Counted from the first letter of the stretch, positions 1 through 10,456 are shown. The stretch: DNA of 64,000 nucleotides from Candidatus Multivorans sp. (GCA_965224025.1 OZ245033.1:2816001-2880000), one strand, 5' to 3'. The notes: generated from the letters alone by a model not told the origin. Program-made: numbers and translations.

Positions 1-2466
1 CAGACCCGTGCCTCCCGCCTTGAGGGACAGGATGAAGAACGGCGGTCCGTCGCGGTGCCGAAAGGCTTCGACCAGAGCGCGGCGCTGCCTGACTCCGGTG
101 CCTCCGTGCAGCGCCAGCCCCGGCCGACCGAAGGTCGCGGCGAGATGGTCGGACAACGGATCGATGATCTCCCGGAACTGCGTGAACACGAGGGCGCGTT
201 CCTGGCGTTCGGCCAGTTCCGCGCAGATCTCGGCGACGCGTTTGAACTTGCCGCTGTCATTCGGCTTGTAGGCGCCGTCTCCGGAAAGCTGACTGGGATG
301 ATTGCAGACCTGCTTCAATCGCATGAGCGTCTGCAACACGAGGCCCCGCCGCTTCATGCCGTCGACCGATTCCAGGCCGCGCTGCATCGACCGCACGACT
401 CGCTCGTAGAGTGCAACCTGGGGTCGGGTCAGGTGACAGTAGCGCGCCGTCTCGGTCTTGTCGGGCAGGTCGTCGATGATGCGGCGGTCCGTCTTGAGGC
501 GGCGCAGGATGTAGGGCGCGACAAGTCGGCGAAGCGGCGCGAAATGTTGCTTCTCGCGCTGTTGCAGCGTCTTGACGAACCGCTGGAACACCGCGCGCGA
601 GCCGAGCAGACCGGGATTGAGGAAGTCGAACAGTGCCCACAGATCTCCCGGATGGTTCTCCACCGGGGTACCGGTCATCGCGATGCGAGCGCCGGCCTGG
701 AGCTTCCGAGTGGACCGGCTCTGGAGCGTACCGGGGTTCTTGATCGCCTGCGCTTCGTCCAGGATGACCAGTCGCCACCGCACCTCCGCCAGCCAGGGCT
801 GCCGAGCGAGCATGGCGTACGTGGTCACGACCAGATCGGTGCCGGCCAGCGTCCGCGCGGGAGCGTTCGCGATCTCCGTCAGGGTCTCGCGATCGGTTTC
901 GGACGGGTGCAGGAATCGAAGGTTCAGCGACGGCGCGAACCGCGCCGCTTCGGCGCGCCAGTTTCCGAGCAGGGACGCCGGAATCACGAGCAGCGACGGC
1001 GGTCGCTGCTCCTCCTGGCAAAGGCCGCGGTCGGAGAGCAGCAACGCCAGCACTTGAATGGTCTTGCCCAGGCCCATGTCGTCGGCCAGACAGGCGCCGA
1101 GGCCCAGGCGGGTCAGGAGGGCGAGCCATGCCACGCCGTCGCGTTGATACGGCCGCAGGGTCCCTTGCAGCGCGCCGCCGTCGACGGGGGCGAGCGTCTC
1201 CGGTTGACGCAAGCCGGCGAGAATCTCGCGCATGCCGTCTCCGGCCTCGACATGAACCCAGGGGCGTTCGGCCTCGGTTTCCGCCCCGCCCCGAAGATCG
1301 GCCGACGCGCCGGCGAGGAGGCGCATTCCCTCGATGAAGGAGATGCCGTGGTCGCCGCCCGCCTGACGCACGGCATCCCAATGCTCGATCGCCTGGCGCA
1401 GGCGATCGCGGTCCACCTCGACCCATTGACCCTTGAGGAACACCAGATTGCCGTCGCTGCCGAGCAGCGCGTTCAGGTCGTCTTCGGAGAGCGACTCGCC
1501 GCCGAGAACGACCTCGACCCGAAAGTCGAGCACGGCGTCCGCGCCCACCAGGGACGGCGCCTCGCCAACCGTCACGGAGACCTGCGGTCGCGGGCGCTTG
1601 CGCCACCAGTCAGGTAGCCGCACCGACAGGCCGCTCTCCTCGAGTTCCGGCACGCTGCGCAGGAGTCGGTAGGCGCGATCCGGCGTCCAGGCCATGGGCC
1701 GGTAGACGTTGCCGGAATCCACCATCTCCCTTACCCAGTCGCAAGCGCCCGCGGCCTGCTGGATCGGCGACAGCAGCGTGACGAGCGCCGAGCGGTTGTT
1801 CTCGCCCGCGTATTGTTCGAGTGCTCGCCGCAGCGGCAGGTGCCGCGCTCGTCCGGTCGCGCCGAATTGCGCGGCATACGTAGCCATGAACGCGAACGGT
1901 CGTGCCGCGTCGTTCCGGTTCTCGGCCAGGTGGAAACAGACCCGCCCGACCTGATGCCAGTTCGACGCTCGCTCACGCAGGAACGCGGACAGCCCGCCGG
2001 CAGCCGAAGCGGCCTGGCTCGCCCAGCCGTCCAGCTCGGTCCAGATGCGTTGCAGGCGCTCCGCAGACAGGTATTCGCCGCCGATCATCGGCGGGGCGGC
2101 GTCGACGAGAGCGGCGCACTCGGCCGCGCTCGGCGGTTCGGCGCTGAACGAAGCCGCCCCTTTCGCGTTCGGGTTCATGGCGGGCAGGTGGCAAAGCGCG
2201 GTCAGGTGGCGCTCGGCGATGGTCTGCCAGTAGCGGACGGCGGGCCGCTCCCGTGTATCGGTCTTTTCGGCCGCCAGCGTGAAGAGAGCCTCTCGCCAGT
2301 CGGCGTCGAAGGCGCGTTCAAGGTGCTGGAGCCGCTCCGGGAGCTCTTCGACGCCGGGATCCGTCCAGCGCACGTCGCCGGCCGGTGTCAGTCCGAGGCT
2401 CACGCCGAGCCCGCTTGCCGGCGCGATGCGCGCGAGCGAGGCGACGGCTGGGCGGATCTTCGCCAC
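1..2466 (-). CDS. SNF2-family (DEAD/DEAH-box superfamily 2) helicase, 3' end runs off the left edge of the window
   Basis: Manual minus-strand translation (missing from the ORF track because it has no stop in the window) gives GACLADDMGLGKTIQV (Walker A), ILDEAQAIKNP (Walker B), TGTPVENHLGDLW and FILSLKAGGTGL at the edge. Start is uncertain (GTG 2466 or 2403). Confidence 0.9.
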   Translation of the reverse strand, partial: MAKIRPAVASLARIAPASGLGVSLGLTPAGDVRWTDPGVEELPERLQHLERAFDADWREALFTLAAEKTDTRERPAVRYWQTIAERHLTALCHLPAMNPNAKGAASFSAEPPSAAECAALVDAAPPMIGGEYLSAERLQRIWTELDGWASQAASAAGGLSAFLRERASNWHQVGRVCFHLAENRNDAARPFAFMATYAAQFGATGRARHLPLRRALEQYAGENNRSALVTLLSPIQQAAGACDWVREMVDSGNVYRPMAWTPDRAYRLLRSVPELEESGLSVRLPDWWRKRPRPQVSVTVGEAPSLVGADAVLDFRVEVVLGGESLSEDDLNALLGSDGNLVFLKGQWVEVDRDRLRQAIEHWDAVRQAGGDHGISFIEGMRLLAGASADLRGGAETEAERPWVHVEAGDGMREILAGLRQPETLAPVDGGALQGTLRPYQRDGVAWLALLTRLGLGACLADDMGLGKTIQVLALLLSDRGLCQEEQRPPSLLVIPASLLGNWRAEAARFAPSLNLRFLHPSETDRETLTEIANAPARTLAGTDLVVTTYAMLARQPWLAEVRWRLVILDEAQAIKNPGTLQSRSTRKLQAGARIAMTGTPVENHPGDLWALFDFLNPGLLGSRAVFQRFVKTLQQREKQHFAPLRRLVAPYILRRLKTDRRIIDDLPDKTETARYCHLTRPQVALYERVVRSMQRGLESVDGMKRRGLVLQTLMRLKQVCNHPSQLSGDGAYKPNDSGKFKRVAEICAELAERQERALVFTQFREIIDPLSDHLAATFGRPGLALHGGTGVRQRRALVEAFRHRDGPPFFILSLKAGGTGL

Positions 2467-2618
2467 GGGCTGTCCGAGGGGAAGATCGTGGAGTGCCGGT
2501 CGATCGGCGAGATCGGCCCGGTGGGCGGTCCGTCGAGGGTGTGGAGGAGACGCTCCAGCCTCATCGATTCGTTGACGCCAGGCGACCGAGGGGCTGCAAC
2601 ATGGGCGATTTCGCCGCC

Positions 2619-3671
2619 TCAGCCGTACATGACCGCGGCCGCCTGCTCCCGGAGCGCCGTCGGGTTGCCCAGCGCCTGCCGGTCGTAGCCGACCCGCTTG
2701 TAGAAGATGTGCATGTCGCACTCGTGGGTGAAGCCGATGCCGCCGAAGACCTGGGTGGTCATCGTGACGGCGTGGCTCGCCACGTCGGTGGCGTGGGCCT
2801 TGAGCAGGGGTGCGAGGTGACAGGTCTCGTCCGAGCCCTCGTCCCAGGCGTCGGCGGTGTGCCAGAGGAGGGACTGGACGGGCTCGACTTCGGCCAGGAC
2901 CTCGGCGCAGATGTGCTTGACGGCCTGGAAGGAGCCGATGATGCGCTCGAACTGCTTGCGCTCCTTGGCGTAGTCGACCGCGATGTGCAGTCCCTGCTGG
3001 GCGGTGCCGAGGGCGTCGGCGGCGAGGGCGATCTGTGCCGCGTAGACGGCGCGCTGAGTGTTCTCGGCGCTGCCGCCGAAGCTTTCGGCGGTGTTCAGTT
3101 CGACGCCGGTGAAGGTGACTTCGGCGACGCGGCGGGTGTCGTCGACGGTCTGCAGGGGCTCGATGTCGATCCCCGCGGTGGTCGCCTCGAGCAGGTGGAG
3201 ACCGCCGCCGGATTCGAGCAGGAACGCGTCGGACCAGGCGGCGTCGGGCACGTAGAGCACGGTGCCGTCGACGCGATCGTTCGCGATCGGGGCGTCGAGG
3301 AGGGGGGTGACCAGTGTCTTCCCTTCGGCGATCCCTTCGAGCAGCTCGTTCCGGCGCGCGCCGCTGTCGCCGCCGGCAATCAGCAGCGGCGCCAGGACGT
3401 AGGACGAATGGAAATTGACCGGCGCCGCGGCACGACCGATCTCCTGGGCGGCGATGGCGGCCTCCTGCATCCCGAGTTCCGAGCCGCCGAGGTCCATGTC
3501 GACGAGGAGGCCGGTGATGCCCTGGTCGCCGAGCTGACCGTGGATCGCCTCATCCCGCCCCGACTCGGAGTCCATCACGCGGCGGACGCGTTCGATGCCC
3601 ACATCCTGGGCGAGAAAGCGGGCGATCGAATCTCGGAGCAGCTCTTGCGGCTGCGTCAGTCCAAAGTCCAT
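2619..3671 (-). CDS. Acyl-CoA dehydrogenase family protein (short subunit of an alpha2beta2-type pair)
   Basis: MDFGLTQPQELLR N-terminus, RKQFERIIGSFQAVKH, QVFGGIGFTHE motifs. Confidence 0.9.
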   Translation of the reverse strand: MDFGLTQPQELLRDSIARFLAQDVGIERVRRVMDSESGRDEAIHGQLGDQGITGLLVDMDLGGSELGMQEAAIAAQEIGRAAAPVNFHSSYVLAPLLIAGGDSGARRNELLEGIAEGKTLVTPLLDAPIANDRVDGTVLYVPDAAWSDAFLLESGGGLHLLEATTAGIDIEPLQTVDDTRRVAEVTFTGVELNTAESFGGSAENTQRAVYAAQIALAADALGTAQQGLHIAVDYAKERKQFERIIGSFQAVKHICAEVLAEVEPVQSLLWHTADAWDEGSDETCHLAPLLKAHATDVASHAVTMTTQVFGGIGFTHECDMHIFYKRVGYDRQALGNPTALREQAAAVMYG

Positions 3672-3715
3672 GCCGGACTCCTTCGCGTGGTTCGTCGAGC
3701 GAGGCGCAGCTGACT

Positions 3716-4909
3716 CTAGGCCGCTGCCGGCTTCGGCTCGCGCGGCAGTCCGAGGCCCCGCTCGCCGATGATGTTCTTCTGGATCTGGGCGGTGCCGCCG
3801 CCGATGATCAGGCCCAGGGCGTACATGTAGTTGCGTTGCCAGTTGCCGTAGTCGCGGACGTGCTTCGAGCCACGCTTGAGCACGCCCCGTTCGGCCATGG
3901 CGTCGATGGCCAGTGCGCAGACGTCGTAGTTCAACTGACAGTTGTTCAGCTTGACGATGAGGCCGCCGGCGCCCGAGTCGCGCTTCCTCAGCCGGTCGGT
4001 GAGGAGGCGCAACTGGTGGTACTTCATCGCCTGCACCCGGCCCTCCAGCTTGAGCAGCCGGTCGCGGTAGACGGGCGAGTCGATCAGGCCGGTCTCGCGC
4101 AGGATGTCTACGCAGCCGGCCAGGTAGTTCTCCGTGGCGTTCGAGCGTCCGAGCATGTTGCGCTCGAAGCGCAGGGTGTAGGTGCCGACCTCCCAGCCCT
4201 GGCCCGGGCGGCCGATCACGTTCATGGCCGGCACCCGCACGTCGGTGAAGAAGACTTCGTTGAAGGAGGCGTCGCCGGTCATCGTCATCAGAGGCCGGAC
4301 ATCGAGCCCGGGCGTGTCCATCGAGAGAACGAGGTAGCTGATGCCGCCGTGCTTTCCGCCGTCCGTTTCGGTGCGGATCAGGGCGAACATCATGTCGGCC
4401 TCGCGGGCGCCGCTGGTCCAGATCTTCTGGCCGTTGATCACGTACTCGTCGCCGTCAAGCCGCGCGGAGGTGCGCAGCGACGCCAGGTCGGAGCCGGATC
4501 CCGGCTCGCTGTATCCCTGGCACCAGATCAGCTCGCCGCGGATCGTGGGGCCGATCAGCTCCTGCTTCTGGTCCTCGCGGCCGAAGTGCAGCAGGGTCGG
4601 GACGAACATGCTGATGCCCTGGTTTTCCATCCCGAGGGAGAGCCCGGCGCTCTGGAACTCCTCCTCGATCACCAGGCTCGCGAGGGCGTCGGGCTTGTGG
4701 CCGGCGCCGCCGTAGCGCGTCGGGATCTCGCGGCCGGCGTAGCCGGCGTCAACGAGCCGTTTCTGCCACTCGACGACCCGCTTGCGGACCTCTGATTGGT
4801 CGCCGCCGAAGCCGGGCCCGGCCGGGACGGCCACGTCCTCGTTGGCGGCGAAGAAGGAATGGACCTCCTCGCGGAGTTCGTTGTATTCAGAACCGATCGA
4901 TGTATCCAT
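3716..4909 (-). CDS. Acyl-CoA dehydrogenase family protein
   Basis: WCQGYSEPGSGSDLASL, INGQKIWTS, FNEVFFTDVRVP, IGGGTAQIQKNIIGERGLGLP. Start trimmed to ATG 4909 (MDTSIG). Confidence 0.92.
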   Translation of the reverse strand: MDTSIGSEYNELREEVHSFFAANEDVAVPAGPGFGGDQSEVRKRVVEWQKRLVDAGYAGREIPTRYGGAGHKPDALASLVIEEEFQSAGLSLGMENQGISMFVPTLLHFGREDQKQELIGPTIRGELIWCQGYSEPGSGSDLASLRTSARLDGDEYVINGQKIWTSGAREADMMFALIRTETDGGKHGGISYLVLSMDTPGLDVRPLMTMTGDASFNEVFFTDVRVPAMNVIGRPGQGWEVGTYTLRFERNMLGRSNATENYLAGCVDILRETGLIDSPVYRDRLLKLEGRVQAMKYHQLRLLTDRLRKRDSGAGGLIVKLNNCQLNYDVCALAIDAMAERGVLKRGSKHVRDYGNWQRNYMYALGLIIGGGTAQIQKNIIGERGLGLPREPKPAAA

Positions 4910-5095
4910 GGTGGGCGCGACTTTATCGCGCTCGGTGGGCTTCGTCAGGGCCTCGGAGCATTCGGAGTAAGCTGTTCGGTTGAACGGTGCCATCCGTGCG
5001 CCCGTCATCGGGCGCACGGACTGGTTCACGGGTGGCGCGGACCGCGCCACCCGGGTTCTGGAGGGCGGGCAACGAACAGCGGCGGCGGGGGTGAA

Positions 5096-6274
5096 ATGAG
5101 CGACCACACGGTTGGAGGAGACTTGGCGGTAGAGGCAGACGGCGCCGGCGAGCAGGCGCCGTCCAGCCGTGATGCCCTGCGTCTGGAACAGTTGCGGCAG
5201 GCGGCGGCTTCGGCCGGCGTCGACGCGGTCGTCTTGACTCCGGCGGCCACGATGACGTGGCTGTTCGGCCATCACTTCGACGCGCACGAACGCCTGTTTC
5301 TGCTCATCGTGCCGACATCCGACGCGCCGGTGGCGGTCGTTCCGGCCCTGGAAGAGGCCAACTTCCGCGGCGCGGCGCCGTCCGTCGAGTCGCTTCATCT
5401 CTGGGACGACGCGGACGGTCCAGAGAAGGCCGCCGCGGAGGCGTTCAGGTGCCTGGCCAAGGCGGCCCGGGTGGCAGTGGAGCCGCTGAGCCTGCGCTTC
5501 ATGGAGTTCGAGCACGTTCGCCGGGAGCTCCCGAAGGCGCAGATCGAGAGCGCCGAAGAGGTCGTGGTCGCGCTACGGCTCAAGAAGAGCGACGAGGAGG
5601 CGGCCGCGATGCAACGGGCGTCGAAGATCGCTGAAGCGGCGCTCGAGTTCACGTTGCGGGACGTGCGGCCCGGGCGCAAGGAGATCGAGATCGCGTCCAA
5701 GCTATCGAGCGAGTTGCTGCGGCGGGGCGGAGGCGGCATCTCATTTGGACCGATCGTCCTGAGCGGGCCCAAGTCGGCGTTGCCGCACGGCGTGTCGGAC
5801 GATCGCGAGATGCAGGAGGGCGAGTTCCTGCTGATCGACTTCGGGACCTCCTTCGACGGCTACCACTGCGACATCACGCGCACATTCGTGGTCAGCGGTT
5901 CGCCCACCGACCGGATGCGAGAGATCTACGAGGCGGTCCTGCAGGCGAACATCCGCGGCGTCGCCGCGTCCCGGCCCGGAGTGACATACGAGTACGTCCA
6001 CAAGAACTGCCAGGCCAATCTGAACGCGCCCCGCTTCAAGGCCTTCATGACCCACCGCACCGGGCATGGTCTGGGCCTGGAGATCCACGAACCGCCTTCC
6101 GTGATGGCTGGCAACGGCGACATCGTGGAGGAGGGCGCCGTGTTCACCATCGAGCCGGGCCTCTACCTCGACGGCTGGGGCGGTGTGCGGATCGAGGACA
6201 ACGTCCGGGTGACGGAGCAGGGCTGCGAACTCCTCACCTCCTCGCCACGCGAGCTGCGCATCCTCGGCGCCTGA
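5096..6274 (+). CDS. Xaa-Pro peptidase (M24B, creatinase N-terminal domain)
   Basis: LPHG, IDFG...DITRT, HRTGHGLGLEIHE, FTIEPGLY, GVRIED metal-ligand motifs. Start trimmed to ATG 5096. Confidence 0.92.
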   Translation: MSDHTVGGDLAVEADGAGEQAPSSRDALRLEQLRQAAASAGVDAVVLTPAATMTWLFGHHFDAHERLFLLIVPTSDAPVAVVPALEEANFRGAAPSVESLHLWDDADGPEKAAAEAFRCLAKAARVAVEPLSLRFMEFEHVRRELPKAQIESAEEVVVALRLKKSDEEAAAMQRASKIAEAALEFTLRDVRPGRKEIEIASKLSSELLRRGGGGISFGPIVLSGPKSALPHGVSDDREMQEGEFLLIDFGTSFDGYHCDITRTFVVSGSPTDRMREIYEAVLQANIRGVAASRPGVTYEYVHKNCQANLNAPRFKAFMTHRTGHGLGLEIHEPPSVMAGNGDIVEEGAVFTIEPGLYLDGWGGVRIEDNVRVTEQGCELLTSSPRELRILGA

Positions 6275-6332
6275 TCGGCCGCGCGGCTGGCCGGCGTGGG
6301 GGCGGTCGGTGCGGTCACCCGCCTGTTTGGTC

Positions 6333-6495
6333 GGGGTCTGAGGGGGTCAGCCTCCAGGTGCCGCTCGCCCTTGGTCGGAGAATGGAAGGGGGTGGGCTCG
6401 CTGCACTCCACTCGCTCCGGTTCGGTGTCGGTCGTTGTAGTGACTTGGGGAGTCGCTCGTTTCGAGCCACCTGGAGGCTGACCCCCTCAGACCCC
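6333..6495. repeat. 163-bp element bounded by perfect 28-bp inverted repeats (REP doublet / MITE-like)
   Basis: GGGGTCTGAGGGGGTCAGCCTCCAGGTG (6333-6360) is the exact reverse complement of 6468-6495. Lies between convergent genes. Confidence 0.8.
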
Positions 6496-6664
6496 TCAAC
6501 AGGCTGGAGGGTGTCGGCTTGGCGCCATGGACGGAGAAGCCTCCGGGCAATCCTTGTGAGACGCTGGTCAGACGGTGATCCCCGGAACGCTGGGCCTGCG
6601 TGCGTTCGCTTCGCGACGGTATCCAGCCGGCCCCGGTGGGTGCAGCCGAGAACGCCAGCAGGCC

Positions 6665-8838
6665 TCAGAAGTGGAGGTGGAGGCCGAGTTGGCCGCGGCG
6701 GCTGTTGCCGAGGCCGCTGCGGATGGTGCCGTCGACGGTCGCGGCTCAGGGTGTAGCTGACCTCGAAGGTCAGGAGTCCGTCGAAGGCGTTCCGGCCGCG
6801 CAGGGTCGCGGTCAGATCGTGGTAGCGGGAGCGCGCGGAGCTTTCGGTGTTCGTCAGGGCGTTGGTGCCGCCGCCGCCGGGATGGGTGCCGACGCCGAAT
6901 GGCGAGCCGAAGGCGGCATGGTTGCGGTCCACGAAGCGGAAGAGCTCGTCGGTCCGCGCGTGCTGGTAGGCGAGTTCGGCGGTCATGCCGCGGCCGAGTC
7001 TGCGCTCGAAGCCGGCGCCGAAGGACCAGGTTTCGGGCAGTTCGAGGTCCCGGTCGACGACCGTGATGTCGGGCAGGAAGGGCAGGGTGTCCGAACCGTC
7101 GATCTGCTGGTCGATGGGCGGCACCGGGCCCAGCGTTGGCGAGGCGGCGCTGCTGCGGAAGAGGACCTGCTGGAACGCGCCGTTCGTGGTCCGGGGGCCG
7201 GCCAGCACCAGGCTCGGGATGCGGGAAACGTACGAGCCGGCGTTGAGCCGCAGTACGTTGGAGCCGTCGCCGGAGGCGTCCCAGACCAGACCGAGGCGGG
7301 GCTGGAAGTTGTCTGTAGCGTCGGGGATCGTGCCGTCGGAGGGGAAGCGCGGGTCGTCGAGATAGGGGGCGAAGTACGTGTCCTGGGGCGCGATCAGCGG
7401 GTCGGGGTTCCAGGTTCCCTCCCAGCGCAGTCCGAGGTTCAGGACCACCCGGTCCGTCGCCTGCCAGGTGTCCTGCAGGAAGAGGCCGACCTCGTCGACC
7501 TCCAAGGCCTGCTTGCCGAGGTCTTCCGGCGGCACGCCGGGGACGGTCGCCGCCTGCAGGTAGAGCAGGACGGGCCCGGTGATCTCGGCCCCCGGCGGAC
7601 AGACGCCGGCGGCGCTGGTCGAGCCGTCGGAGCAGGTGACGTACCGGTTGCCCTGTTCCATGAAGTGGATGAAGCCGTCGACCGAATCGAAGATGTAGCG
7701 GCTGTTGCCGAAGCCCAGGAACTGCTGGCTGACGCCGGTCCGGTTGACTTCGATCCCGGCTTTGACCAGGTGATCGCCGAGCAGGGTGGAGACGTTGTCG
7801 ACGAGTTGCTTGCGCTCGTCCGCCCCATCCGCGCCGATGGGCAGGAAGAACGGGCCGCGCCAGGTTGGCGGGGCCAGCGACGCTGCGAACGAGTTGCTTG
7901 GTCTCCGAGGCGTCCTGCTCGTCGTAGGCGCCGAAGAAGAACGCCCGTTCGCGCCGGATCGGCCCGCCGAGCGTGAAGCCGTACTGCAGGCGCTCGAAGT
8001 CCGGCTTCGCGGCCTCGCCGGAGGGATGCTCGGAGGAGATCCCGTGCCATTGGCGGAACGTGTGCACCGTGCCTTCCAGCTCGTTGGTCCCCGACTTCGT
8101 GATCACGTTGACGAAGCCGCCTGCCGAGCGCCCGAACTCGGCGGTCGCGCCTTGGTTGATGACCACCATCTCCTGGATCGCGTCCTGGTTGAATGTGAAG
8201 GCCGGGCGCTGCCCGCCGCGCTGCTCGCCGAAGAAGGAGTTGTTGAAGTCGGCGCCGTCGACGATGAAGTTGTTGAAGATGCCGCGCTGGCCGCTGATGT
8301 TCAGTTCGTCGCCGTCCGGCCCCTGGGAGAGGGGCGCGCCCGGCGTGAGCAGGGTCAGATCGAAGAAGTTGCGGCCGTTCGTCGGCAGCCCTTCGATCAC
8401 CTCGTCGGCGAGCCGCTGCGAAGTCGTCACGTCGTCGGTGGCGGGCGTCTGGTACGCGTCCTCGCTGACCGTGATCTCCTCGGCGACGACCTCCTTCAGC
8501 GCGAGGTCGAGGTTCAGGGTCTGGCCGACACGAAGGGTCAGACCGGCGATCCGCTCCATCCACCCCTCGGTGTCCTTCGTCACGATCAGTTCGTAGGAAC
8601 CGAGCGGCAGCAGGGTGCGGGCGAAGGTCCCCGATGCGGTCGTCTCGACGGAGGTCACGAGTCCGGTCTCGCCGTGCTGAATCAGCACGTGGGCGCCCTC
8701 GACCGGCGCTCCGCCTGGGCCGCGGACGACTCCGCGGATGATCCCGGTCGTTGCTTCGGACTGGGCTGCGGAGGGGACGGCGCCTGCGGCGGCGGCCGCG
8801 ACCAGCAGGATGGCGGCGAGGGGCGAACGGAGCGTCAT
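6665..8838 (-). pseudogene. TonB-dependent receptor (carboxypeptidase-regulatory-like N-terminal domain) with two internal deletions/frameshifts
   Basis: Signal peptide MTLRSPLAAILL, plug motifs (LPTNGRNFFDL, AEFGRSAGGFVNVITKSGTN). Frame switches near 7857 to GPFFLP...FLQDTWQ...NLGLRWE and near 6738 to the terminal strand DGTIRSGLGNSRRGQLGLHLHF*. Total length is short for this receptor type. Confidence 0.8.
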
Positions 8839-8945
8839 CACGGGAGTGCGCGTCTTGTGGCGCGCTTCGGAGCGCTGGATGATAGCGGGCGTTTGGGGGG
8901 CGCCGGATGGTAAGCCGCCGCCAACCGGTGTGCCCGGAAGGTGGC

Positions 8946-10388
8946 TCAGACGGGCAGGTGCTCCCGCAGCCGCCGCACCACGTCCGGCTGCTTCGAGATC
9001 AGGTTCTCCGTCTCCATCGGGTCCGCTTCCAGGTCCCAGAGAATCTCCTCGTTGCCGAAGCCCGTTACGAGCTTGTAGCGACCGTCGTAGGCGAGCCGCC
9101 AGTCGCGAAGACCGGACAGAACGACCTCGCGGTGGCTGTCGGTCCGGCCTTCCAGCAGGGGTCGCAGGGAACGGCTGTCCATGTCGGCCGGCGTCGCGAG
9201 CCCGGCGTAGTCGAGGAACGTGGCCGCGAGATCGAGCACGGTCGTCGGCAGGTGGCAGTCGTACCCGGCGCGGATGCCGGGCCCGGCGGCCAGCAGAGGC
9301 ACCCCGGCCGAGGCCTGGTAGGGCACGGACTTCCCCCAGCGCGCGTGGTCGCCGAGCATTTCGCCGTGGTCGCTCGAGTAGACGATGATCGTGTTCCCGA
9401 GTTGGCCCGTCTCCTCGAGCATCTCCAGGTAACTGCCGAGCCACATGTCGATGTTCTCGATCATCGCGGCGTAGTTCTGGCGCAGGGCCACATGTTCGGC
9501 GGGTGTAACGGCGCCTTCGTAGGCGAAGGGCTGGCCAAGGCTCTCGAGTCCGCGGACTCGCTGTTCCATTTCCGCGGTGATGTCGACCGGGGGATGGGGA
9601 CCGACGAAGTTGATCGCCAGGTGCCAGGGCTGGCCTTCCGGCGCCGCCTCGATCAGGTCCAGGCCGTTCTGAGCGATCCAGTTGTCGCAGTAGGCCTCGG
9701 GGCCGAGCGGTGAGGTGATCACGTCGCCCCACCAACTGTCCGGGTAGTTGGAGCGCCGCCGGCGGAAATCCGTGGCGCAGGCGCGGCCCTGCGGCGGTTC
9801 CAGCGAGTCGAGGTAGGCGTAGTACGGGTCCTTCGGCCCCTCCGGATCTTCGAGGTAGGACTGCATGCCGTCGCCCTTGCCGCAGTTGTTGATCTGGGCC
9901 GAGAAGCCCCAGTGAGAGGCGAAGTTCGTTCCGTCGATGCCCCAGTTGCCGCTGTTCTTCGACATGTCGAGCTTGCCGACGGCCATCGTGTGGTAGCCGG
10001 AGTCGCGGAGTCGGCCGTAGAAGGTCTGCCGGTCGAGCGGGTAGTCGGTGCCGTTGCCGGGCACGCCGCAGCGGTCGTACTCACGGCCGGAGGCGAGGCA
10101 GGCCCGGGACGGGGCGCAGACCGGCGACGGTACGAGGGCGCGGGTGAAGTTGACGCCGTCGCGCGCCAGACGGTCGATGTGAGGCGTGCGCAGCGGCGCC
10201 AGGCCGCGACCGTCCAGCCCGAGCCAGTCGGGCCGGTGCTGGTCGGGGAAGAAGAACAGGAGATTGGGGCGGTCGTCGGTCGCCGCCTGTTCCTCAAGTG
10301 CGTTGCAGCCGGCGAGGCCGGCCAGGGCGCCGCCGGCGATCAGGCGCGAGGACTGTTGGAGAAAGTCGCGGCGAGTGCGTGAGATCAT
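8946..10388 (-). CDS. Sulfatase (Cys-type), Tat lipoprotein
   Basis: TRRDFL twin-arginine signal, LAGC lipobox, PNLLFFFPDQHR, CAPSRACL formylglycine motif, SSDHGEMLGDH. Confidence 0.92.
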   Translation of the reverse strand: MISRTRRDFLQQSSRLIAGGALAGLAGCNALEEQAATDDRPNLLFFFPDQHRPDWLGLDGRGLAPLRTPHIDRLARDGVNFTRALVPSPVCAPSRACLASGREYDRCGVPGNGTDYPLDRQTFYGRLRDSGYHTMAVGKLDMSKNSGNWGIDGTNFASHWGFSAQINNCGKGDGMQSYLEDPEGPKDPYYAYLDSLEPPQGRACATDFRRRRSNYPDSWWGDVITSPLGPEAYCDNWIAQNGLDLIEAAPEGQPWHLAINFVGPHPPVDITAEMEQRVRGLESLGQPFAYEGAVTPAEHVALRQNYAAMIENIDMWLGSYLEMLEETGQLGNTIIVYSSDHGEMLGDHARWGKSVPYQASAGVPLLAAGPGIRAGYDCHLPTTVLDLAATFLDYAGLATPADMDSRSLRPLLEGRTDSHREVVLSGLRDWRLAYDGRYKLVTGFGNEEILWDLEADPMETENLISKQPDVVRRLREHLPV

Positions 10389-10422
10389 CGGGCTGTCCTT
10401 TTCGGCTCGGGTTCAAAGAATC

Positions 10423-10456
10423 GAACATAGTTGAACATAGCCAACATCGTTGGCTA
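10423..10456. promoter_or_regulatory. Candidate operator in the divergent sulfatase/TBDR intergenic region
   Basis: GAACATAG direct repeat (10423-10430, 10433-10440) overlapping the perfect inverted repeat TAGCCAAC-atc-GTTGGCTA (10438-10456). Confidence 0.45.

Noticed and set aside
55-2688. Long plus-strand ORFs (520 aa, 291 aa) and similar long antisense ORFs throughout the window
   Set aside because: They are shadows of real genes on the opposite strand in high-GC DNA (here the SNF2 helicase) and have no recognisable motifs.
6333-6495. Tn3-family ends (GGGGTCTGA start resembles the Tn3 inverted repeat)
   Set aside because: Similarity stops after about 9 bp, the arms are 28 bp rather than about 38 bp, and there is no 5-bp target duplication (TGGTC vs TCAAC).
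10423-10436. LexA box of the GAAC-N7-GAAC type
   Set aside because: The spacing is N6 and the flanking genes are not SOS genes.
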